IMG/VR virus record: IMGVR_UViG_3300020577_010882
Coordinates: 225-64,224 of that record
DNA from: a virus
Taxonomy: Duplodnaviria; Caudoviricetes
DNA length: 64,000 bases
Reading direction: 5' to 3' (one strand)
In this document: positions 55,785-64,000 of the stretch, in pieces
How the letters are laid out: the number at the start of each line of letters is the position of its first letter
How positions within the stretch are numbered: position 1 is the stretch's first letter
Position numbers and translations under genes: made by a program
The notes under the pieces: generated by a model
The model's input: only the letters and a program-made list of their open reading frames with translations
Told to the model about the DNA's origin: nothing
Databases searched by the model: none

Positions 55785-56876
55785 ATGGGACTCCTCTGGT
55801 CGAACTTCGCGCGCGCGACCGTCGCAAGCCCGCCGTCCGGCACGGGCGGCCTGAGCTTCTCCGTCGCCGCCGGCAAGGGCGCGCTCTTCCCGAACCCCGG
55901 CGCGGGGGAATACTTCTACGGCGTCTTCACGAACTCCGCGAAGAGCGCGTACGAGATCGTGAAGATCGAGTCGCGCTCGACCGACTCGTTCACCATCGCC
56001 GCCTCCGGCCGCGGACTCGACGGCACGACCGCGCAGACGTGGGCCGCGAACGACATCTTCTACGTGCCGATGACGAAGGTGGCGCTCGACGAAGTGCCGT
56101 TCGCCGCCGCGAACAAGGCCATCGCCGCGCTCACGCCGGCCGCGGACAAGGTGCCGTACTTCACGGGCGCTGCCGCCGCCGCGCTCGCGACGCTGACCTC
56201 GTTCGGTCGTTCGCTCATCGCGCTGGCCGACATCTCGGCGCTCGCCTCGCTCATAGGCATCTTCACCACGGGGGACGTGAAGCTCACGCTGAAGACCACG
56301 GCCGACGCCGGGTGGGTGCTGATGGACGACAAGACCATCGGCGACGCATCGAGCGGTGCGACCGGGCGCGCGAACGCGGACACCGAGGCGCTGTACACGC
56401 TGTTGTGGAACAACACGACGAACGCGTGGTGTCCAGTGAGCACCGGGCGCGGCGCGAGCGCGGCAGCGGACTTTGCCGCCCACAAGACGATCACCCTTCC
56501 GCGCACCCTCGGCCGCGCGCTCGCGGTGGCGGGTTCTGGCTCCAGCCTTACCGCGCGAGCGCTGGCGGAGTACCTCGGCACGGAGACCCACACGCTGACC
56601 ACGGCGCAGATCCCGCCGCACCAGCACTCGGGGACGACGGGCAGCGAGAACGCGTCGCACGACCACAACCTGCCGGATGTCGCGTGGCGCAGCGACGGCG
56701 AGGGCCTGTCGTGGGTTGGCGGCACGAGCATCTTCTCCGGCACTCGTGGCGGCACCACCTACGGCCAGAACCAGAACCACCAACACGCCTTCACGACCAA
56801 CAACGACGGCGGCAGCGGCGGCTCGCACCCGAACATGCAGCCGTCGCTGTTCCTCAACGTGATGGTCAAGCTGTAG
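55785..56876 (+). CDS. tail fibre with tail-collar-like domain
   Basis: GDVK...GWVLMD...LY..LW...LP...GR...E.HTLT.AQ.P.H.H...H.N.QPS. Confidence 0.8.
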   Translation: MGLLWSNFARATVASPPSGTGGLSFSVAAGKGALFPNPGAGEYFYGVFTNSAKSAYEIVKIESRSTDSFTIAASGRGLDGTTAQTWAANDIFYVPMTKVALDEVPFAAANKAIAALTPAADKVPYFTGAAAAALATLTSFGRSLIALADISALASLIGIFTTGDVKLTLKTTADAGWVLMDDKTIGDASSGATGRANADTEALYTLLWNNTTNAWCPVSTGRGASAAADFAAHKTITLPRTLGRALAVAGSGSSLTARALAEYLGTETHTLTTAQIPPHQHSGTTGSENASHDHNLPDVAWRSDGEGLSWVGGTSIFSGTRGGTTYGQNQNHQHAFTTNNDGGSGGSHPNMQPSLFLNVMVKL

Positions 56877-56884
56877 GAGGGGCG

Positions 56885-57247
56885 ATGCAGGTCAACGTCG
56901 TCTACAGGAACGATCCCGAGCGCGACCTCGACGATCCGGTGCTGGAGCCGAATGGGCGGTGCTTCGTCGCGCGCGTCTACAGCGGCGACTACTGCGATCC
57001 GTTCATGGACCCGGACGGGTGGTTCGGGCCGAAGGTGCCCGCGATCCTCGTTCGCCTGAAGCTCTCGTGGATGCCGTTCATCGCGTGGAAGTGGCCGCTG
57101 CTCAACCGCGCCGGCTACATCGGCTTCAAGCGCTACGGCGTGGACTCCGAGAACTACAGGCTCGCGCTCCCGACGTTCGATGTCTACCCGGGATCGAAGG
57201 CGTGCCACTTCTCGATCCGCCCGTTCGCCAACATCGAGAAGGGCTGA
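56885..57247 (+). CDS. hypothetical protein
   Basis: GGAGG SD. Confidence 0.65.
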   Translation: MQVNVVYRNDPERDLDDPVLEPNGRCFVARVYSGDYCDPFMDPDGWFGPKVPAILVRLKLSWMPFIAWKWPLLNRAGYIGFKRYGVDSENYRLALPTFDVYPGSKACHFSIRPFANIEKG

Positions 57248-57251
57248 TCGC

Positions 57252-59258
57252 TTGACCGCCATCGCCGTCAACTCGTTTGCGGGAATGGTGCCGCGCACGA
57301 GCAAGCGGCTGCTTCAGGACTCTCAGGCTCAGATCGCGAGCGGCGCGCGACTGACATCCGGCGTGCTCGTGCCGTTGCACGACTGCAAGACGATCTACCT
57401 GCCAGTCATCGACACCGTTGCGATGCACCGCATCTACAACGGCACGGACGAATACTTCCTCACGTGGGACGTGGACGTGGATGCGGTGCGCGGCCCGATT
57501 GCCGGCGACACCACGTACCGCACCTACTACACCGGGGACAACGAGCCGCGCGTCACGAACCTCGCGATGGCGACGGGCGCGGCGCCGTACCCGGACGACT
57601 TCTACGTGCTCGGCGTCTTCCCGCCAGCCACCGCCCCGGGCGCGTCGCACGCGGGCGGCGTTGGGGCGGCGATCAGCAGGGCGTTCGTCTACACGTTCGT
57701 CACGCAGTGGGGCGAGGAGTCGCAGCCCTCTCCGGCCAGCGCGGTCACGACCGGCAAGGTCGATGGCACGTGGACGGTGAACAGCATGGACGTGGCGCCA
57801 GCGAACACGTTCGCGACGACGGGCGGATCGTGGGCGAGCGGCATTGCCACCATCACCGTCGCATCGACCTTCGGCCTGCGCGTGGGCGAGGAGATCAGCG
57901 TCTCGGGCGTGTCGCCGGCCGGGTACAACACGGCGAGCGCAGTCATCACGGAACTTGCCGCGGGGTCCATCAAGTACGCCGTCACCTCGGACCCGGGCGC
58001 GTACGCGAGCGCCGGCACGGTGACGAAGACCGCGCCGCACAACACGACCAGCATGATGAAGAACATCTACTGGACGGAGACGACGGCGAGCGGCACGGAG
58101 TACCAATACGTGAAGCAGGTTTCTGTGGCGACCACGAGCACGACCGTCGCAGGGAACACCGTGGCAGGCGAGGTTCTCCCGTCAACCGATTGGCCGATGC
58201 CGCCGGTCGGCCTTCGTGGTCTGTGCCAGCACCCGAGCGGCGCGATGGTCGGATTCGACGGCAACCAGCTTTGCTTCTCCGAGGTGTACAAGCCGTACGC
58301 GTGGCCGAACGCGTACCGCGACACGACGAACCACAAGATCGTGGGCCTCGGCGTGTTCGGCACGAGCGTGCTCGTCGCGACGGAGGGGATCCCGTACGTC
58401 TCCTCCGGCGTCGATCCTTCGACGATGTCGCTCACGAAGGTGGATCAGCCGTGGCCGTGCCTGTCCAAGCGCGGCATCGTGTCGCTCGGCTTCGGCGTCG
58501 TGTACCCGTGCCCGCAAGGGCTGGCGCTGATCGGCAGCACGGGATCCAGCCTCGCCACCGAAGGGCTGTACACGCTGGAAGAGTGGCGCGAGATCAACCC
58601 GGAGACGATCATCGCCGCCGCGTACGGCGGGCGATACGTCTTCTCGTACGACCCGGGCAGCGGCATCCGTCAGATGATCGTGATCGACAAGGCGGAGTTC
58701 GCATCCGTCGTGGCGGTGAACAAGCGCGCGGACGCGCTCTACGGCGACCCGTCGAACGGCAAGCTCTACCTCGTGATCGACAACGAGATCGTGGAGTGGG
58801 ACTCGGAGGATAGCCCGTTCATCTCGTTCGACTGGATGTCGAAGCTCTTCGTGGTGCCCAAGCCGATGAACCTCGGCGCGGCGAAGGTGGACGCCGACTT
58901 CACGCTGTCGGAGAGCGAGCAGGCGGCGCTAGACGCGGCGGTGGAGGCGGCCATCGCGGCGAACGAGGCGCTCGTGGCGTCGGGAGACTACGAGGTCGCG
59001 AGCGCGATGACGGACCTCGGCGAACTGGAGATCGGCGGCGTCGATCTGCCGGACATCCCGTCCGGTTCCGCCGACCAACTCCTCTTCATGCTCTACGTCG
59101 GCGACACGCTGAAGTTCACCAAGCAGGTGCGATCCGACCGCGCGTTCGCGTTGCCCGCCGGGTTCAAGTCCGACAAGTACGCCATTCGCCTCGCTGGCAC
59201 CGTGAAGGTGAACGCGGCGAAGTGCGCCGAGACGTTCCGAGAACTGGAGAAGGTGTGA
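57252..59258 (+). CDS. tail nozzle / tail tubular protein B-like
   Basis: F.GM.PR...L...AQ...; FSE.Y.PYAWP; PCLSKR.IV. Confidence 0.8.
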   Translation: MTAIAVNSFAGMVPRTSKRLLQDSQAQIASGARLTSGVLVPLHDCKTIYLPVIDTVAMHRIYNGTDEYFLTWDVDVDAVRGPIAGDTTYRTYYTGDNEPRVTNLAMATGAAPYPDDFYVLGVFPPATAPGASHAGGVGAAISRAFVYTFVTQWGEESQPSPASAVTTGKVDGTWTVNSMDVAPANTFATTGGSWASGIATITVASTFGLRVGEEISVSGVSPAGYNTASAVITELAAGSIKYAVTSDPGAYASAGTVTKTAPHNTTSMMKNIYWTETTASGTEYQYVKQVSVATTSTTVAGNTVAGEVLPSTDWPMPPVGLRGLCQHPSGAMVGFDGNQLCFSEVYKPYAWPNAYRDTTNHKIVGLGVFGTSVLVATEGIPYVSSGVDPSTMSLTKVDQPWPCLSKRGIVSLGFGVVYPCPQGLALIGSTGSSLATEGLYTLEEWREINPETIIAAAYGGRYVFSYDPGSGIRQMIVIDKAEFASVVAVNKRADALYGDPSNGKLYLVIDNEIVEWDSEDSPFISFDWMSKLFVVPKPMNLGAAKVDADFTLSESEQAALDAAVEAAIAANEALVASGDYEVASAMTDLGELEIGGVDLPDIPSGSADQLLFMLYVGDTLKFTKQVRSDRAFALPAGFKSDKYAIRLAGTVKVNAAKCAETFRELEKV

Positions 59259-59473
59259 GCGCGAAGAGGCCGTCGATTGCCGGGACGTTCCCGCAGACGC
59301 GCGAGGATGTGTCAGCGGTGAAGGAGAACATCGAGATCATCACCGGGCGGCGCGGGCAGAAGAACGACCTCGACGGGCTGGATTCCATGCAGGTGAGCGC
59401 GGCGCCGACGCAGGCCGAGGTCGAGTTCCTGCGCGCGCAACTGGCGCTTCTCGTGAGGAGGCTGCAAGCGTGA
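59255..59473 (+). CDS. hypothetical protein
   Basis: KENIEIITGRRG; GTGA-coupled. Confidence 0.65.
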   Translation: MSAKRPSIAGTFPQTREDVSAVKENIEIITGRRGQKNDLDGLDSMQVSAAPTQAEVEFLRAQLALLVRRLQA

Positions 59474-59925
59474 GGGACGACGAGTACCTGATGCACGCGT
59501 GCAGGGGGAACGAGAGCGCGTTCCACCTGTGCAAGCTCATCATCGAAATCTCGGGCACGTGGGATGACCTCGTGGACCGGGACGTGGACGTGCCCGTGGA
59601 GCACGTGAACCGGATGATGCACGCCGCGCTGATCTCGATCCCGCGCAACGCGTTCTACCGCAAGCACCTCACCGACCTCCAGCCGGTGATCGAGCAGTCG
59701 ATCATCAACTGGCACCTCGCGAACTCGCTGGAGCCGAAGGCTGGCATCGGCCGCGAGATCGCGCACGTGCAGCGCTACGCCGCCGCCGACATCCTCATAT
59801 ACGTCACCGCGCTGTGCGGCGGGGTGTCTTGGGCGCGCGAGGTCGGCCCCGAGATTCGGCTGCGCTGCCAGCGCGATTGCTTCCTCAACTACCACGCCGA
59901 GATGGAGAAGAAACATGCTGCGTAA
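59470..59925 (+). CDS. helical protein with DDxxD motif (isoprenoid-synthase-like)
   Basis: TWDDLVDRD...P.N.FY. Confidence 0.6.
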   Translation: MRDDEYLMHACRGNESAFHLCKLIIEISGTWDDLVDRDVDVPVEHVNRMMHAALISIPRNAFYRKHLTDLQPVIEQSIINWHLANSLEPKAGIGREIAHVQRYAAADILIYVTALCGGVSWAREVGPEIRLRCQRDCFLNYHAEMEKKHAA

Positions 59926-61120
59926 TTTGCTCGCGATCATCTGCCCGGCGATCTCGTGGTGCGTGCTGCGCCTCGACATGGGTGGCGACTCGTCTCCCGC
60001 TCCCGCCCCCGACCCGAACATCGGCGACGCCGCGAAGGTCAACGCCGAGACCGGCCGGGAGATGGTGAAGCTCGGGCGCGAGCAGTTCGACGACTACAAG
60101 GCGCGCGCCGACCGCATCGAGCCGTTCCTCACCGAGCAGATGGGGTTGCAGAACGCGGTCGCGAAGGACAATCAGGCGCGCTCGTCAGCGCAGTGGGACG
60201 ACTACGTCAAGACCTACCGCCCCATCGAGCAGCGCATGGCGAGCGACGCGTCGTCGTGGGACTCCGCGGAGAACCTCGACCGCGCCGCGCAGCAGGCCGG
60301 CGCCGACGTGGCGAAGGGCTACTCGGGCGCGCGAGCCTCGGCCATGCGCGACCTCGCGCGCAGCGGCGTGAACCCGAACTCGGGGCGCTTCGCCGCGACC
60401 GCCGCGACGTTGGGCCTTGCAGAGGCGAAGGACACGGCCGGCGCGATGAACACCGCGCGCGACACGAGGAAGCTGCAAGGCGTGTCGATGCGCGAGAACG
60501 TCGCGAAGTTCGGCCGCAACATGCCGAGCACCGGCATCGCCGCCGACCAGCTTGCGCTCTCGGGCGCGGCTGGCGCCGCCTCCGGCGCGAACAACGCGCT
60601 CCTCACGCGCGCGCAGGCGCAGAACTCGGCGCTGCCGTGGATGACGGGCGGTGTGAGCGCGACCAACGCGGCCGGCAACCTAGCGCTCGGCCAGTACCAG
60701 ACGCAGGTGAACGCGTGGGGCCAGCAGCAGCAGGCCGATGCGCAGTCGAACGCGGGCTTCGGGCAACTGCTCGGCACGGGCCTCGGCCTCGGCGCGAAGT
60801 ACCTGATGTCGTCCTCCGAGGAGGTGAAGGAGGACAAGGTGCCGGTGCAGGGCGAACTCATCCTCGCCGGCCTCGACTCGATCCCGGTCGAGGCGTGGAA
60901 GTACAAGGAAGGCGAGGGCGACGGCGGCGAGCACATCGGCCCGTACGCCGAGGACATGCAGGAGCAGTTCGGCGACGGTGTCGCCCCGGGCGGCAAGGCC
61001 ATCGACCTCGTGTCGATGAACGGCATCACGCTCGCGGCGATCAAGGAACTCTCGAAGAAGGTGAAGCGCATCGAGTCCGAGATGGGTCTCGGTGACGAAC
61101 GCGTGCGGAGGGTCGCATAA
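59915..61120 (+). CDS. internal virion (ejection) protein with C-terminal S74-like chaperone domain
   Basis: A/Q/N-rich helical body; SSEEVK...W.YK......HIGP.AED......ID.....G..LAAIKEL. Confidence 0.75.
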   Translation: MLRNLLAIICPAISWCVLRLDMGGDSSPAPAPDPNIGDAAKVNAETGREMVKLGREQFDDYKARADRIEPFLTEQMGLQNAVAKDNQARSSAQWDDYVKTYRPIEQRMASDASSWDSAENLDRAAQQAGADVAKGYSGARASAMRDLARSGVNPNSGRFAATAATLGLAEAKDTAGAMNTARDTRKLQGVSMRENVAKFGRNMPSTGIAADQLALSGAAGAASGANNALLTRAQAQNSALPWMTGGVSATNAAGNLALGQYQTQVNAWGQQQQADAQSNAGFGQLLGTGLGLGAKYLMSSSEEVKEDKVPVQGELILAGLDSIPVEAWKYKEGEGDGGEHIGPYAEDMQEQFGDGVAPGGKAIDLVSMNGITLAAIKELSKKVKRIESEMGLGDERVRRVA

Positions 61121-62262
61121 TGGCATTCGGCGGACGCGGTTTCGCAGGTGGCCTCGCTGGCGGGATGGTCACGGGATACAAGCTCGGCATGGAGATGGAG
61201 GACGCGCAGACGCGCCGCCAAACCGCCGAGCTTGAGCAGGAGCGCATGCGGATGGAGAACGACGCGCGTCGTCGCGACAACGACATCCTCGCGCAGCGTC
61301 GCTCGATCATCGACAGGTACACCACCGAAGACGCTCCGGTCGAGGACGCTGCGGGGAACGTGACGCAGGGGCGCCGCCCGAAGCAGTCGCTCTCCCTCAC
61401 CGACGAGATCGCGATGAACCGCGAACTCGGTCGCCTCGACTTCGAGAACGGGAAGATGTCGCAGGCCGACTTCATGTCGCTGCCCAAGCGCCTCGACGCG
61501 TATCGCAAGGAAGGCGTGTTCGATGCGCTGAACGAGATGGCGACTTCCGGGAACCCGGACGCCGGCATCAAGCGCTTCAACAGCCTCGGCGGCACGAAGA
61601 TCAAGGCGTACACCACGCGGCAGGTGAAGGACGCCGTGACCGGACTGCCGACCACGGAGTTCACCGTCCGCACCGACGACGACAACCACCAGACGTTCAA
61701 CCTCGCGGACATGGCGCGCAGCGTCGGAGGCATCGACAAGTACATCGAGTGGGCGAAGCTCGGTGAGTCCGCGCGTGCGCGCGCCACCGCCGAGCGCAAG
61801 AACGACCTCATCGAACAGCGCAACGACCAGCAGTTCCAACTCGGCATGGAGCGCTCGGATCGCGAGGGCCGTCGCCTCGAAGCGATGATCGCTGGCGTGA
61901 TCGGAGGGCGCCGCGGCGGCACTGGCACGGAGGGCGGCGTCTTCGGCTACAAGATGAAGTGGCTGGAGGACAACCTGCCCGACCTCAGTTCCGAGCAGCG
62001 CTACGCCCTCGCGAGCGGGCAGAAGTCGGTGCCCGACGCGCAGATCCGGCAGTGGGCCGAGACCGCGGTGTCGCGTGACGAGAAGACGCGCGGCATCCCG
62101 TACAAGAAGGAGGAGCGCCCCGCAGTCGTGGCGGAGAAGCTCCAGTTCCTTCGCGGCATGGCGGGCGGGGCGAACGCGCCGGGGCCGGGAGGCACCCCTC
62201 CGACCACGACCCCCGGTGGTGGCGACAAGGGCAGGAACTTCCGCAACCTGTGGGGAGGCTGA
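61120..62262 (+). CDS. internal virion (ejection) protein
   Basis: GFAGGL.GG N-terminus; position. Confidence 0.7.
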   Translation: MAFGGRGFAGGLAGGMVTGYKLGMEMEDAQTRRQTAELEQERMRMENDARRRDNDILAQRRSIIDRYTTEDAPVEDAAGNVTQGRRPKQSLSLTDEIAMNRELGRLDFENGKMSQADFMSLPKRLDAYRKEGVFDALNEMATSGNPDAGIKRFNSLGGTKIKAYTTRQVKDAVTGLPTTEFTVRTDDDNHQTFNLADMARSVGGIDKYIEWAKLGESARARATAERKNDLIEQRNDQQFQLGMERSDREGRRLEAMIAGVIGGRRGGTGTEGGVFGYKMKWLEDNLPDLSSEQRYALASGQKSVPDAQIRQWAETAVSRDEKTRGIPYKKEERPAVVAEKLQFLRGMAGGANAPGPGGTPPTTTPGGGDKGRNFRNLWGG

Positions 62263-62268
62263 TCGTCA

Positions 62269-64000
62269 ATGGCAGCGAAGCCGTGGTCTGAAGTTGCATC
62301 GTCGCCCGACTTCCTCTCGCTCTCGGAGGGAGATCGCGCCGCCGCACGCAAGCAGTATTTCGACGAGGTCGTGTCGCCGCAGGTTCCCACCGACACGGAT
62401 CGCGTCGAGGCGTGGCGCCAGTTCGACGACGACACGCGCGCATCGCTGTCGGTGAAGCAGCCGGGACTCCTGTCTCGCGCCGCTACCGCCGTGAAGGGCG
62501 CGGTCGTGGATGCCGCGACGGGGATCGCGAGCGAGGCGAAGAAGGACGTGGCCCGCTTCTTCGGCGCTTCTGTGATGGACGACGTGAAGCCGAAGGAGAA
62601 CCCGAACAAGGCCGCCCCCGCGGATCTCGCGCCGATGCGCGAGTCGGCGTACCGCCGAGTGCAGGAGACCGAACGCGCGGCGCCGGACGCCGCGCTCGTG
62701 CGCTCGACCGCGCCGGACCTCACCGGGCGCGCGTTCGCGAAGGCGCGAGAGGATCGCACCGGCAAGCTGATCGACGGCCTTTCGATGGAGCAGACGCCGG
62801 ACGGCGCTCGCATCACGCAGACGAAGCCGATTACTGCCGAGCAGAACCTCGACCTCGCGCCGGACAAGACGCTTCTCGACAAGCGCTTGGACGAGATCCG
62901 CGCCGCGCCGCGCCGCTCGCACGATGAGCGCTTCACCGAATACCGGAAGAACTACCCGGCGCTCACCGACGCCGACATCCTGCGCAAGATCCGCGAGGAC
63001 CGCCTCGATGGCGTGGACCGCTCCTCGCCGGAGGCGAAGGCGAAGCCGGGCGAGTACCAGCCCGACATCGCCGACTTCACCGAGCGCTCGATCCAGAAGT
63101 GGCGCTCAGGCAAGAGCCTCACCGCGTCGATGGTGTCGGCTGCCGAGCGCGGCACGGGCGACATGCTTGGCGGCATGTCGGAGTTCGTGACCGGCCTCGT
63201 GCCGAGCACGCTCAACTACATCTACACCGACAAGCCGATGGTCGAGTCCATCGGGGCGCGGCGCGGCACGCGGGCCGGAATGGATCGCCTGTCGTACCTC
63301 AACCCGAAGTCCGACATCGCGTCGAAGAAGTGGGACGACCTGAAGGGCATCGACCAGCACGCGCGCTGGATCGGGGAGAACGTGGCCGAGCAGGCGCCGC
63401 AGGTGGCCGGCATGTTCACCGCCGGCTTCGCGCCGCGCGCGCTCGGCGCGCTGTACCTCGGCAGCATGGGCGCGTCCACCGCTGGTCGCCAGTGGGCGGA
63501 GAACCTCTCCAAGCACAAGGATCAGGTCGGCAACGCGATGCTCGAAGCGTGGGTCGAGGGCGGCATCGAGACGCTCTCGGAGGCGCTGCCGCTCGGCGTG
63601 TTCCAGAAGCTCCAGAAGACCATCGCCGGCATGACCGTCGCCGAGAAGGCCGGCGTGATCGGACGCGCGATGCGCGCAGCCGGCGTCACCGTCGCGGCCG
63701 TGGGCACGCAGGGCGCGGTCGAGGGCATCGAGGAGATCGTCGCGCAGGTGGGGCAGAACCTCGCCAAGCGCCACATCCTCGGCGAGAACGTGAAGTGGGA
63801 CGAGGGCGTGAAGGACGCCGCGATCATCGGCGCGCTCTCCGGCGCGGCGATGGGCGCTCCGCACGGCGTGGCCGCCGGCCGGCGCGCGATGATGACGCGC
63901 GACGAGATCGAGGCCGAGGCGCGTCGCCGTGCGGGTGGCGCGGACACGGGCGCGATCCCCGCCGCCGACGTGCTCGGCGCCGAGCAGCCCGCGGAGCCGG
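62269..64000 (+). CDS. N-terminal part of a giant virion protein (3'-partial), probably the same gene as 3..9656
   Basis: MAAKPWSEVASSPDF.SLS...R..YF..VV; 577 codons with no stop to the window end (not in the ORF track). Confidence 0.85.
   Translation, partial: MAAKPWSEVASSPDFLSLSEGDRAAARKQYFDEVVSPQVPTDTDRVEAWRQFDDDTRASLSVKQPGLLSRAATAVKGAVVDAATGIASEAKKDVARFFGASVMDDVKPKENPNKAAPADLAPMRESAYRRVQETERAAPDAALVRSTAPDLTGRAFAKAREDRTGKLIDGLSMEQTPDGARITQTKPITAEQNLDLAPDKTLLDKRLDEIRAAPRRSHDERFTEYRKNYPALTDADILRKIREDRLDGVDRSSPEAKAKPGEYQPDIADFTERSIQKWRSGKSLTASMVSAAERGTGDMLGGMSEFVTGLVPSTLNYIYTDKPMVESIGARRGTRAGMDRLSYLNPKSDIASKKWDDLKGIDQHARWIGENVAEQAPQVAGMFTAGFAPRALGALYLGSMGASTAGRQWAENLSKHKDQVGNAMLEAWVEGGIETLSEALPLGVFQKLQKTIAGMTVAEKAGVIGRAMRAAGVTVAAVGTQGAVEGIEEIVAQVGQNLAKRHILGENVKWDEGVKDAAIIGALSGAAMGAPHGVAAGRRAMMTRDEIEAEARRRAGGADTGAIPAADVLGAEQPAEP

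Noticed and set aside
1-64000. CRISPR array, DGR or retron
   Set aside because: No repeat-spacer array and no reverse transcriptase motifs; the ART repeats differ by block replacement, not adenine-specific changes

Overview
The window looks like most or all of a ~64 kb, GC-rich temperate podovirus-type phage genome in its non-integrated form, probably from a proteobacterial host (host inferred from the SSB sequence style only). Order: (1) 3' part of a giant multi-domain polyvalent virion protein (3..9656; zincin, 2-3 ADP-ribosyltransferase-like domains, HhH-like domain, pyrophosphatase, GNAT-like domain), whose N-terminus appears to be the ORF running off the right edge (62269..>64000); (2) attP = 3' half of tRNA-Thr(CGT), with a tyrosine integrase; (3) leftward early/recombination genes (SSB, YqaJ exonuclease, ERF, DUF1643); (4) cI/cro switch, short replication gene, nin-like genes and Q-like antiterminator; (5) a 10 kb inverted accessory operon (AAA ATPase/DUF3150/VWA triad and many small genes) behind an ~800 nt structured non-coding leader; (6) late promoter, tRNA-Gly, lysis cassette, TerS, TerL with a class 3 LAGLIDADG intein, portal, head, tail and ejection genes. 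Most notable: a gene overprinted inside the giant gene, an L-x-S-R motif at the giant protein's domain borders, two ART cassettes with identical DNA flanks, an integrase arm-binding domain fused to a GIY-YIG nuclease at attP, a large GNRA-rich candidate ncRNA, a four-operator repressor regulon, and a non-SSB protein with an SSB-type DDDIPF tail. All family assignments are from motif recognition by eye; no searches were run.
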